The notes under the pieces are model-generated. The model saw nothing but the letters and a program-made list of their open reading frames with translations, was not told where the DNA came from and ran no database searches. A program made the translations under genes and the position numbers. A stretch of DNA of 64,000 nt from an uncultured virus (IMG/VR IMGVR_UViG_3300027833_000038) (Duplodnaviria > Heunggongvirae > Uroviricota > Caudoviricetes > Crassvirales), in the IMG/VR virus record IMGVR_UViG_3300027833_000038. One strand, given 5' to 3'. Shown here in pieces: positions 9,887 through 19,900 of this stretch (positions are counted from its first letter, which is position 1; each line of letters starts with the position of its first letter).

Positions 9887-10616
9887 TTTAGATGAAAACG
9901 GAGATTATAGTCTTGAGGTTGAATTAGACTTTCAGGACTATGATTTTTTGTTTTTTGATGAACCCTTTTGTTATTACTCATTAAAAGGTATAACTTCTAA
10001 AATCAACAGCTTTCAGCAACTAACATACTATGCTGAGGTTTTTCTGTTTTTAAATCCTGATGTTGAACCAGACATGTTCTCAGGAATATTTAGAATTTTA
10101 GCGGACCGTGAGTGGGGTAAGACAATAAGGACTTATGGGAAGGCTCGGGTAAATCAAATGTGTGAAGAGGTGTATTTAGAGAAAAAACAGCCTTACTGTA
10201 ACAATTGGAGAAAGATAATCTTCAACCCAAGCAAGATTATAAGCTCAGAAGAAAAAATGGCTATATCAGGTTTTTTGTTTTCAAAGCACATATCAGTAAC
10301 AAAATTTGACATACAGAAAGCTGTACATCAGCTTAAATTAGCTAATATTGTTATTACAGACGACAAAATAGCAGAAGCCATAGAATGCAGCTCAAAAACA
10401 ATAAGTAGAGCTATGGACACACAAACTAGGACCGATATTAAAGTATCTAACGCTTTCATAAAACGAAAGTACAAGATAGATAAAATAATTGAATACATTG
10501 ATATACTTTCCGAGGGAGGTAATAATGTGAAAATAAGAGAACTTAAAAAATTCATAGCCGTAAAAGATTATAGTTTATATAAGGATGCCTTTTCTATTTA
10601 TAAAGACTCTCTTTAG
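9873..10616 (+). CDS. Hypothetical protein, possible HTH
   Basis: KIAEAIECSSKTISR resembles a helix-turn-helix. Confidence 0.55.
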   Translation: MKLFDLDENGDYSLEVELDFQDYDFLFFDEPFCYYSLKGITSKINSFQQLTYYAEVFLFLNPDVEPDMFSGIFRILADREWGKTIRTYGKARVNQMCEEVYLEKKQPYCNNWRKIIFNPSKIISSEEKMAISGFLFSKHISVTKFDIQKAVHQLKLANIVITDDKIAEAIECSSKTISRAMDTQTRTDIKVSNAFIKRKYKIDKIIEYIDILSEGGNNVKIRELKKFIAVKDYSLYKDAFSIYKDSL

Positions 10617-11085
10617 TCTTTTGATTCATTTTCTCTATTAGCTTTCGGTATATCTTATCTTGAAAGTTTTCTCCCTTAAATATAGTATTTTGGTATTTAT
10701 CTTCAGATATAACCTCTTCTCCTGTAAGTTTCTTATAAGTTTGATTGCAAATCATCTTAGCCTTCTTTGTAAGCTCATATAAGGCAGCTTCACGACCCTG
10801 TCGCTCCCTCCATTGTCTTATGTATCCAATTTCAATCATATCGGCAAACTTAGACTTCTGCCAGTTTATAGTGTTAGAAAACCTTATAAACTCTTTCTTT
10901 GTAAATATATCTGAGTCGTACAGATACAAAAGAAGCTCTAGCTCTGTAGAAGAGATGTCGTATTTGTGTTTAATATAATACCTTACTACCCTCCAGTTTT
11001 TCAGAAAATTATGTTTCTTCTCTCTTGAGAAATAGGTTTTCTTAGTCTTTCTAGTGTAAATTTTAGGCTTCTTATTATTTGACAA
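10594..11085 (-). CDS. Winged-helix (MarR-like) DNA-binding protein
   Basis: ISSTELELLLYLY...GYI...ALYELT.KAK pattern; lone antisense gene. Confidence 0.55.
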   Translation of the reverse strand: MSNNKKPKIYTRKTKKTYFSREKKHNFLKNWRVVRYYIKHKYDISSTELELLLYLYDSDIFTKKEFIRFSNTINWQKSKFADMIEIGYIRQWRERQGREAALYELTKKAKMICNQTYKKLTGEEVISEDKYQNTIFKGENFQDKIYRKLIEKMNQKTKESLYK

Positions 11086-11134
11086 TTGATTGTTTGTGTT
11101 AAAATACCCTCTAAAAATACACTTTTATTATTAT

Positions 11135-11142
11135 TATCTTTG
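11135..11142 (+). promoter_or_regulatory. -7 element TATCTTTG
   Basis: Upstream of small-protein/lysis operon. Confidence 0.6.
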
Positions 11143-11174
11143 TGCTATAAGTATTAATTTTCTTAAATTGTAAG

Positions 11175-11339
11175 ATGAGAGTAAATAAGCCTAAAGGTCT
11201 TGGAGACACAATTTACAACCTGACGGTAACTACTGGAATTAAAAAAGTGGTTAATGCTGTTAGCGATGCACTCGAAGTCGACTGCGGATGCGATAATCGA
11301 AGAAAATCTTTAAATAACCTATTTCCTTACAAAAAATAA
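11175..11339 (+). CDS. Small phage protein (54 aa)
   Basis: Own translation MRVNKPKGLGDTI...DCGCDNRRKSLNNLFPYKK. Confidence 0.7.
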   Translation: MRVNKPKGLGDTIYNLTVTTGIKKVVNAVSDALEVDCGCDNRRKSLNNLFPYKK

Positions 11340-11345
11340 AAAATC

Positions 11346-11852
11346 ATGGAAGACGAAGAAACTGGAGTAAATTATGAAGCAACTGGATTTAAAAACAAAT
11401 CCATTGACAAAATTAATAGTCAAGTACAGGCTATGAGTGGTGTAACAGGAACAGCTCCTACAAACACAACTTCAATGCATAAATCTGATGCAAAGTTTTA
11501 CCAAGGTATTTCTAAATTTACAGACTCAAGACCTTCTGCTGACTATGGTGGAAGACAGGGGTATGCAGTTAAACAAGCTATAAAGCAAGGAGACTATGGT
11601 GCTGCTGCATCAATAATGAAGCAGATGAAAAATAGTAAGGACCCTAAAGTTCAAGCAGGATTTAAGAGATTGAATGAAACAGGTATAAAATCTTCAGGAT
11701 TTGGAAGAGGTGGTCGTTTTTTAGACACAAAACAAACCTATCCAGGAGAAGTTCTAAAAAACAAAAGTGGTTCTGGTTCTTCAAGAACTGACCAAGTTTT
11801 TGACCCTGCAACCCAAATGACTACTCAAAAAAAATATACATTTGACAATTAA
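11346..11852 (+). CDS. Hypothetical basic/Gly-rich protein
   Basis: 168-aa ORF. Confidence 0.65.
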   Translation: MEDEETGVNYEATGFKNKSIDKINSQVQAMSGVTGTAPTNTTSMHKSDAKFYQGISKFTDSRPSADYGGRQGYAVKQAIKQGDYGAAASIMKQMKNSKDPKVQAGFKRLNETGIKSSGFGRGGRFLDTKQTYPGEVLKNKSGSGSSRTDQVFDPATQMTTQKKYTFDN

Positions 11853-11968
11853 TGGCTAAGAAAAAAACCAAAAACCCTTGCTGGAAAGGATACATGATGA
11901 GAGGCACTAAAACCAAAATGGGGAAAAAAGTGCCTAATTGTGTCCCTAAAGGAAAGTCTAAGAAATAA
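11852..11968 (+). CDS. Small basic protein (38 aa) with CWKGY...VPNCVP motif
   Basis: Own translation MAKKKTKNPCWKGYMMRGTKTKMGKKVPNCVPKGKSKK; TAATG coupling. Confidence 0.7.
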   Translation: MAKKKTKNPCWKGYMMRGTKTKMGKKVPNCVPKGKSKK

Positions 11969-11969
11969 C

Positions 11970-12191
11970 ATGGGAGATTGGGGTATTAGCGCAAGAGAAG
12001 ATGATATGAAAGAATGGGATTGGATGGATGTTGAAATGAGAAATAAATGGATATATGAATCTCCAGACGGAGGTAATACTGTAACTAGAAGAAAGTTTTT
12101 TGCTGAAAATTCAGAACGAGTAATTATAATGGAAAACGGAAAAGAACTTGAAAAAAAGGACCAGCGTCCTTTTTATGATTGGTCTAAATAA
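11970..12191 (+). CDS. Hypothetical protein
   Basis: ATG just after preceding stop; IYESPDGGNTV motif. Confidence 0.6.
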   Translation: MGDWGISAREDDMKEWDWMDVEMRNKWIYESPDGGNTVTRRKFFAENSERVIIMENGKELEKKDQRPFYDWSK

Positions 12192-12197
12192 TTAAAT

Positions 12198-12521
12198 ATG
12201 GAAAATATAATATTAATAGTTTTTGGTGTTGTTGTTTTTGTAACAGCAGTAATAGGTTTAGCCATGTTCTTAAATAAAAAAGGATGGTTAGCAGATAGTG
12301 ATAATGACTGGATTCCAGACGTTATAGAGAGTAAAGTTTCTGATGTGAAAACAGAGTTAGCTGAATTAAAAGCAGATTTAGAAGCTACAAAAGACAGATT
12401 GCATAAAGAAGTGCAAGATGTAGGTAAAGCTATTAAAGAAGTGGGAAATCAACTGGGAGACATTCCTGCCGCATTTTCAGGCAAGAAAAGACCAGGAAGA
12501 AAAACAAATGGGAAAAAGTAA
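12198..12521 (+). CDS. Membrane-anchored coiled-coil protein
   Basis: N-terminal TM then heptad-like region. Confidence 0.65.
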   Translation: MENIILIVFGVVVFVTAVIGLAMFLNKKGWLADSDNDWIPDVIESKVSDVKTELAELKADLEATKDRLHKEVQDVGKAIKEVGNQLGDIPAAFSGKKRPGRKTNGKK

Positions 12522-12759
12522 GAGCGCACAGTATTACGCAGAGAACCCAGAGGCTCGGAAAAAGAAGAATGCTTATAATAGGATTCATCAAAGAAGACCT
12601 GCCCAAGTAAAGAAAAGAGTTGAAGCAAATCGGTTTAATCGTCAAAATGGAACTTATGGTAATGGAGATAATAAAGACGCTTCCCACCAGCCTGATGGTA
12701 GTTTGAGACAAGAAGACCAATCTACTAACAGAGCTAGAGGAGGAGGACAAAGAAGATGA
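12508..12759 (+). CDS. Basic protein, degenerate HNH-like
   Basis: GDNKDASH...STNRAR. Confidence 0.5.
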   Translation: MGKSKSAQYYAENPEARKKKNAYNRIHQRRPAQVKKRVEANRFNRQNGTYGNGDNKDASHQPDGSLRQEDQSTNRARGGGQRR

Positions 12760-12929
12760 CTGAACACATGAACATAACTGATTTAAAGATTTGGGGTTTA
12801 TCCTCCTTTGCTATTACAATGAACCTAATGAATGTAGACACGGCTTTAAGCCTAACTTTAACCTGTATAGCTATAGGGTACACTGTCCACAAATGGATTC
12901 TTATGTATAAACGTAATAAAAAAAAATAG
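12756..12929 (+). CDS. Small membrane protein, holin-like (57 aa)
   Basis: Own translation: hydrophobic segments plus KRNKKK tail; near endolysin. Confidence 0.55.
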   Translation: MTEHMNITDLKIWGLSSFAITMNLMNVDTALSLTLTCIAIGYTVHKWILMYKRNKKK

Positions 12930-12930
12930 A

Positions 12931-13296
12931 ATGACTGGTAGAGAAAGAAAAGATTTAAGGGGTTATATTGGCTCAGGGATTGTTTTCCTATTTGTCATTG
13001 CACTTTTATTCTTTTTATCTGTAAAAGAAATCCCTGCATCAAACAACGATTCATTTAAACTTATTGTAGGTGCTTTAATTGCAACAATAGGTGCTGCAAT
13101 TTATGTCTTTATAGGAAAAGACCCTAACGAACTTCAGGAACTACAAAGAAGAAATGATTCTTTGGAAATGAAGATAAATCAACTGGTTGAACAGAAAGAC
13201 CAGCTAGAGGGTATGATTATAAAAATGCAGGAAGAAATGCTAGATAAAGTATTTTTAAAACTTGCTCTAGATTATGACGACAAAAAGCAAGCCTAA
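12931..13296 (+). CDS. 2-TM plus coiled-coil protein (lysis accessory/holin-like)
   Basis: Two TM helices; lysis region. Confidence 0.55.
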   Translation: MTGRERKDLRGYIGSGIVFLFVIALLFFLSVKEIPASNNDSFKLIVGALIATIGAAIYVFIGKDPNELQELQRRNDSLEMKINQLVEQKDQLEGMIIKMQEEMLDKVFLKLALDYDDKKQA

Positions 13297-13423
13297 AGAA
13301 GCTAATCAAAAAATGATTAAGTGCAGTCAATGCGAAGAAACATTTTCAGGAGGGTTTGACTATAGAATGCATTGGGAAGAGTTTCATTTAGATTATGCCA
13401 TGAGACAAGTAAAACTGACATAA
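13274..13423 (+). CDS. C2H2 zinc-finger micro-protein (49 aa)
   Basis: Own translation contains CSQC-x12-H-x4-H. Confidence 0.55.
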   Translation: MTTKSKPKEANQKMIKCSQCEETFSGGFDYRMHWEEFHLDYAMRQVKLT

Positions 13424-13475
13424 TATTGTGCTTTGCTATGTGTGATGATAGTGAATAATATTTAAATAAAATATC

Positions 13476-13934
13476 GTGAAAATAAGCAAGCATATTAGTT
13501 ACAAAGAGGCTATAAAATCAAACACAGCTTTAAGGTTGAATTTAGACAATACTCCTGGAGATTATGAAGTCTCTAATATGGTTGGTATTGCTACTCATCT
13601 TTTTGAACCTCTCAGGGAATATGTAGGAGGACCTATAAAAATCAACAGCATGTTCAGGTCTGTAGATTTAAATAGAGCTATTGGAGGAAGTAAGTCCAGC
13701 CAGCATTGTCAAGGCAGAGCAATTGATTTAGACGACACCTTTGGATATAAAACAAATGCTGATATGTTTAACTATATAAAAAACAATCTAAACTTTGACC
13801 AAATGATTTGGGAGTTTGGAAATGACAAGAACCCAGCTTGGGTTCACGTAAGTTATGTTTCAGTAGACCAAAACAGAAACCGTATTCTAATTGCGGAAAA
13901 AGTGAATGGTAAGACTAACTATAGAATTGAATAA
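13476..13934 (+). CDS. Endolysin, peptidase M15 family
   Basis: INSMFRS..LNRAIGG...SQHCQGRAID...WVHVS. Confidence 0.9.
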   Translation: MKISKHISYKEAIKSNTALRLNLDNTPGDYEVSNMVGIATHLFEPLREYVGGPIKINSMFRSVDLNRAIGGSKSSQHCQGRAIDLDDTFGYKTNADMFNYIKNNLNFDQMIWEFGNDKNPAWVHVSYVSVDQNRNRILIAEKVNGKTNYRIE

Positions 13935-13937
13935 GTT

Positions 13938-14402
13938 GTGAGCGATAAAAAAGAAAAAAAACCATTTAAAGAAACAGGATTAGGAAGGATACTACTTGGT
14001 GTTTTGCCAGGTGTAGTTAAGGGGGCTTCGAAGTTTTTGCCAGATTCAGGAATCACTGGGGTTATTAAAAACCTAATAAACAGTGACCCAGACATGACTG
14101 ACGAAGAAAAAGAGGCTGCTCATGACCAGCTTGTTCAATTGTACAAACTAGAAGTAGAAGATAGAGATTCTGCAAGGAAAAGAGAAGCTGCAATAGCTAA
14201 TGCTGGTGGCAGAGACTGGATGATGTCCTTAACAGGAATAATAGGTCTCGCTGCGTTTGGCTTTGTTGTTTACACTGTAGTGACTACAAATGTTCCAGCA
14301 GAAAACAAAGAGATATTTATTCACATGATTGGTATTGTAGAGGGCGTTGCTCTTAGCATTTTCGGATACTACTTTGGAAGCGCAGTTAAAAAGGAAAGCT
14401 AA
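13938..14402 (+). CDS. Holin-like membrane protein
   Basis: DRDSARKRE then 2 TMs ending YYFGS; follows endolysin. Confidence 0.65.
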   Translation: MSDKKEKKPFKETGLGRILLGVLPGVVKGASKFLPDSGITGVIKNLINSDPDMTDEEKEAAHDQLVQLYKLEVEDRDSARKREAAIANAGGRDWMMSLTGIIGLAAFGFVVYTVVTTNVPAENKEIFIHMIGIVEGVALSIFGYYFGSAVKKES

Positions 14403-14419
14403 ATAATACGGAGGTCAAG

Positions 14420-14453
14420 GCAAATAGCGTGTTTTTATTTTAAGTAAATTTGC
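14420..14453 (+). promoter_or_regulatory. Promoter for tail-fibre genes (TAAATTTG 14445-14452) with upstream GCAAATAGCGT
   Basis: TAnnTTTG; same architecture at 51027-51060. Confidence 0.6.
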
Positions 14454-14468
14454 ATTAAAGATATTACT

Positions 14469-16907
14469 ATGGCTAGATTATCGCAATACCCAAAAGACAC
14501 TACGCCCAATAAGCAGGACAGTTTTTTAACCCTAGATAGTTCGACAGGGAATACAACTCGAATTGACATGGTCGATATTGCTTCTGTTGTTGCGGACCAA
14601 AACCTTTTGGAGACTTCGGACTCTGCTTTATTTCAATATATTACGCCTAACGGCTTGGATTACACCGCAGCTCAATCTGGAGTTCTTGTAGTCAATCCTG
14701 TAGGAGTAAATGCAACTAGATTGTTTTCTGGACTAACTCAGATTATTTTAGCAAAATCTGGTGTTAATGGCAAAAACATAAGCACTTACATTAATGACCT
14801 TTTAGATTATCAAATAAAAATATCTCAATTAGGAGATTTAAATGTTTTTGGTATTTTTCAGGTAACTGCTGTTACAGATTACTCTGACCAATATATAAAG
14901 CTTTCTTTAACATATAAAGATAGAGGTAGTGGTAATCTTACTTATGGCGCAAAATATTACGTAAGTCACCACCAAACTTCTTTTGACCAAGACTTTAGTG
15001 ACGACTCTGTAACTGAATTTGGAGACGTTTACAATGCTGGTTCTGGATTTATCATTACACCAAATGAAAGAGCTAGAGTAGATGAAGTAACTTCAAAAAT
15101 ATTCTATAGTGATGTAGTAGACAACGTTACTTCAAACGTAGCAGACAGACCCCTGTCAGCGGCTCAAGGATTAATCCTAAAGCAGTATATAGACAACATA
15201 AACACACTATTGACTTCTGACGAGGTAAATTTAAATGAGCTTCAAGAAATTGTTGATTTTATAGAATTAAACAGAACAACCCTAGAGACTCTTACAATAG
15301 CAAGTGTTGCTGGACTTCAGACTGCTTTAAACTCTAAAGTAGATAAAGTTACTGGAAAGCAGCTTTCTGAAAATGATTTCACAAATGCGCTTATTTCTAA
15401 ATTAAACGCAATTGAGGCTGAAGCTGAAGTAAACGTTCAGGCTAACTATACAATGAATGATTCTACTGATGATTCATACATTCAGAACAAGCCAACTGAC
15501 ATTAGTGATTTAACAATACATTCAGCCGCAGAATTAAACGACATTTTCTCTGTTGGTTCTTCTAGTATTATTACAGATGATGAAAGAAGAAAAATAGACG
15601 GTTTATCAGGAACTTTCACTAATAACGTAGAAACAATTAGTGATTTAAATGTTGCTGAAACCCTTAGCTTTCTAAACTCACAAGACACAGAGCCAGCATA
15701 CTCTAATGCTATTTACTATAATCAAGAGGATGCAGTTGATGTTCTTCAGTTTAAAAGCAACAATCATCGTGTTTCTATGGATAACATAGTAAACAATATG
15801 TCTACTGGTATTCTTGATGGAGGTGTCCTTGGAATTTCAGGGACAAATTCTTTTACTATTACGGCAGGAGATGGTGTTGTATTAGACTTTAATAAAGAAA
15901 GCGCAGCAGCAAAACCTCATCCAGAATTAAAACACATATCTTGGGCAGCTCAAACTATCGTTGTTTCAGACTTAGATAACGTAAATGCAACAGACAAACA
16001 AACTTGGATTTACGTAGATGAACTAGGTGTTGTTAACCAACAAAGCGTTCCTTTTACAAATACACAATATAACTTTGCATTACCAATAGGAGCTGTTATT
16101 CATAACTTAGGAGTTGTTACTTTCGCTAAGTCATTCCCTAGAACAGCATACGGACAACAAAATCAATTTGGAGAATTTGCCAGATTATTTGGACCAATGA
16201 AGAAAAATGGTCTTGAAGTTCTTCCAATTGCTGGAACGGTTCAACTACAGAGAAGCGCTGGTACTGCTTACGCTCCTGGTAGGAATTATGATACCGACCC
16301 AAACAATCCTTCTTTTGTAACAGACTCAGCTCAAAACCCTTGTGCAATACACAGGTATTATCAAGATAGCGCAGGAGACTTCATTAGAGACACAAACGGA
16401 GGAGCTGGATATACAACAATAGACAACACTCTTTATGATGATGGTACTGGCACATTAGCTACCATAAGTAATAATAAATTTACAATACAGAGAGTTTACT
16501 ACTTCCCTAACAACCCTACGACTTTAATTGTTTATTATGGAAGAACAGTATATGACACGCTAGATGCTGCAAACACGAACTTAAGCTCAGAACCTTTTAC
16601 AGAATCTAAGAACACAGCAAATCAAGCTGTATTTTTAGGATATTTGTTAATGGAGAAAGGTGCCACGGATTTGGCAAGCACAACTAACGTAAGAATAATT
16701 CAAGCTGGTATCTTTAGAAGTGTAGCCTTTAGCTCTACTGGAGCGGCTGCTTCTGCTGCATCCATTTCTGATTTATCTGATACAACAATAACCGCTCCTT
16801 CACAAGGACAGCTTTTAGAATACGATGCAACAACACAAACATTTAAGAACTTTACACCACTCTTTGACCAAACCGCTTTAGCTTACGCTATTGCACTAGG
16901 GGGATAA
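14469..16907 (+). CDS. Tail fibre/adaptor-like virion protein
   Basis: LNELQEIVD, KVDKVTGKQLSENDFT, ISDLSDT motifs; ends AYAIALGG. Confidence 0.7.
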   Translation: MARLSQYPKDTTPNKQDSFLTLDSSTGNTTRIDMVDIASVVADQNLLETSDSALFQYITPNGLDYTAAQSGVLVVNPVGVNATRLFSGLTQIILAKSGVNGKNISTYINDLLDYQIKISQLGDLNVFGIFQVTAVTDYSDQYIKLSLTYKDRGSGNLTYGAKYYVSHHQTSFDQDFSDDSVTEFGDVYNAGSGFIITPNERARVDEVTSKIFYSDVVDNVTSNVADRPLSAAQGLILKQYIDNINTLLTSDEVNLNELQEIVDFIELNRTTLETLTIASVAGLQTALNSKVDKVTGKQLSENDFTNALISKLNAIEAEAEVNVQANYTMNDSTDDSYIQNKPTDISDLTIHSAAELNDIFSVGSSSIITDDERRKIDGLSGTFTNNVETISDLNVAETLSFLNSQDTEPAYSNAIYYNQEDAVDVLQFKSNNHRVSMDNIVNNMSTGILDGGVLGISGTNSFTITAGDGVVLDFNKESAAAKPHPELKHISWAAQTIVVSDLDNVNATDKQTWIYVDELGVVNQQSVPFTNTQYNFALPIGAVIHNLGVVTFAKSFPRTAYGQQNQFGEFARLFGPMKKNGLEVLPIAGTVQLQRSAGTAYAPGRNYDTDPNNPSFVTDSAQNPCAIHRYYQDSAGDFIRDTNGGAGYTTIDNTLYDDGTGTLATISNNKFTIQRVYYFPNNPTTLIVYYGRTVYDTLDAANTNLSSEPFTESKNTANQAVFLGYLLMEKGATDLASTTNVRIIQAGIFRSVAFSSTGAAASAASISDLSDTTITAPSQGQLLEYDATTQTFKNFTPLFDQTALAYAIALGG

Positions 16908-16922
16908 TTAAACTAAAAAAAA

Positions 16923-19900
16923 ATGGCAAAAACGCTTTTACATTCATCAAAATATACTGTATCCAAGGATTCAAATATCATTGATTACAACGGTAATATT
17001 GGACTCGAAAGACTTCTTTTAATTACAAACGTAACTGCCAATAAGGTAGTTTACCAGTTTAATGACCCAACTAAAGGCGGAGAAGTTTCTTTCTTAAACC
17101 AAGACGATTCATCTAGTTTATCATTAACATACGATTTAACTAATGACACTGATATAACTCAAGGAGATGTTTATCAGTTTTTCTACGATTCAAGCGAAGT
17201 TCATTTTACTCCTGACGAAAGTCTTTTAGACCCTGTAAGTAAGCTAAGAGTATCAAATCCAGAAAACCTTGTAGATACAGATTTCGAATACGGATTACAG
17301 TCTACTAAATGGGAGACCATTCAGACTGTAAACAATATTCCTACTGTATATTCTAGCTCTGGAGACTCTCCTATCGAGGGAGTTGTTTCTGTAGATTCTA
17401 TACAAGGTTCTAAACAAGTAAAAGTTGTTTGTACTACTCCGCACAATTTAACTATTGGAGACCCTGTTTCGTCTCAAGGTGTTTTAGATTATCAAGCGGA
17501 AGGTTTCTTCGTTGTGTCTGGTGTGGCAAGTCCTCTTATTTTCTTTTTTGAGATTGACGTACCTTCTACTACTACTGGAGATATTTCTGGTTCATACACT
17601 AGCATTGTTCCTGCTAAGTTTTTTGAAGGAGCTCCTTTAAATATAAACATATCTTACGGTGCGACTACAGATGAAACAACTTTAAGTAAAATAAAAGTTG
17701 AGACGGAAGCTACTCACGGATTTACTGCTGGAACTAAATTATATTTAAGAAACACAATAGGTCCTAAAAAATTAGTTGTAGATGACCCATCTGCTACGGC
17801 TCCCGATGGAAGACCTTTTGTTGACACAGATTCTTTTTTCACTATAAATAATGTTTTTGATTCAACAGTGTCTACAGGTAGACCTTCTTATCAGGAGCCT
17901 GTTGTTATTGCCTATGACTGGGAATCAACTCATACAACATATATTCAGGCTATTGACGCTGATGTTGCCAATAATAGAATTAACTGGATTAATCACGGAA
18001 TGTCAAATTCCTTTGCTGTTCTTTTTAATACTCCAAGAAATGGAGATGTTAATATGGGGCTTACAGACGGAACAACTTTTTTCGTTAAGGCTATCGACTC
18101 AAACACTCTAGAACTTTACACCGATGAGGCTTTAACAACTCTTCAGCCTTTATCAACTTACACAACTGATTTTGGATTTTCTAGATTAGGTTTGGTTTAC
18201 TTAATTACAAAAAATAGTAACAGATTCCGTTACACTAGATATTATACAGAATCATTATTTACGGCAACCACACCTTACCTTTATACACCAACACGTTACT
18301 ATGGTACCTACTATAGCTACATGAGAGTTGACGACTCGTTAGGGTTTGTTCCAGACTCTGTTACTGTATTTAACATTCAGGTTTATGGACAAGGTATTTA
18401 TTACTACTACTACTACTTATACATCCGATTTGACAACGGAAACGCATATAATGCCTTAAATTATAGATGGTCGAGCAATTACCAATGGGTAAGTGCAGGA
18501 GTTCCTAATCAGACACTCACACAAGCACAACTCTATAATGATGGGGTTGGTTATTACGTTAGAATCTATGAAGGATTAAGAAGTGGTTATGGATACCATT
18601 ACTGGAGAATGCAAGTTGAAGCTCAGGCTCAAGTGGACCCAGGACTAAACTATTCTGGCTCCGATTTACTTGTTGATGATTATGGGTTAGGAAATTCCAA
18701 TCCTGATATTGTTATGGCTTATCAAGGTAAGAATCCTGGCTCTTGGTTAAATTCGTCAGACCAATTTTCTTATTTAGCAAATCAAAGACAAAATTCTAGA
18801 TGGGGAACAATTGAGAACCAGTATGAAAACACAGTTGTTACTACTCCTTTGAATGGTAGCTTTGACATTGATTATGGTTCTAACTCTAGTTTTAACGCTC
18901 CAACTAATACTGAAAACTTCTACATTTTTGCTAGAAAAATGACTAGTGATAGAAACACTTTATACAAAGTGAATCACGGAATACCTTCAGGACAAGAAGC
19001 AACTTGTGTTGTTGCAAATTACTCTGCTGGAACCGAAGAGTTTCTTTTTTCAGACTCAGCAGGGACATCAATTTCGATGCCTGCAACTTTTGATGTTATA
19101 GTAAACGTTGTAAGTGATGATATAATTAGAATACAGGCTAACATTGCTCCTTTTACTGATGATATTCAAAAGTTCCCAACGGACTTTACTATTACGTATA
19201 GAGTTGACAATACGCTTTATAACACTCTTTATATTAACAACCACAAAATAACAGGTACTTCTGAAGCAACTTTAATTGTTGAAGGGCAAGACGAAAGTAA
19301 TCCTGAAGTTTATAACTTAAAAAGCTCTTCAGACGGGTGGCTAGTTACTAACTCAAGGTTAGGTACAGATAACATAAATTTACCAATAAGAGTATATAAT
19401 GTAAGCCCAACTAGAACTTACAACTTTGTTCTTGATGCGGCTTATAGTGATACTTTCTACTTTACAACAGAACCTGTTGCAAATTGGGTTACTGGAACTT
19501 ATGCTGGAGAATACACTACTGGTGTAACAAACACAAGAGGAACTGGTGGCGCTACAGTAAGTATTGTTGTAGACGGAACCACTCCTGCTACCTTGTACTA
19601 CGCTTCAGGAACTGATTCTACTTTGTTCGGTGAAATAACACTTAGAACTGAGGGAGTTGCTATTGGAGGAACAGCGCATAATACTCTTTACAACTTAAAC
19701 AGAATCAATGATTCTAGAGTAACTCTTCAGCAGACTTCTAACACGGAAGCGGAGGGAATTACAAATGTAATTGGGTATGCTAATTCTAACCCAGGAAGTG
19801 CAAATATAAATGCATGGACTCCATTAGGATTAACGCCAACAAACGTTTCCATTACTGGAATTGAATATAGAGGAGATTTTGCTTCTTCAAACGAGTACGT

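Noticed and set aside
18218..18613. Diversity-generating retroelement target
   Set aside because: No reverse transcriptase or template repeat seen in the window
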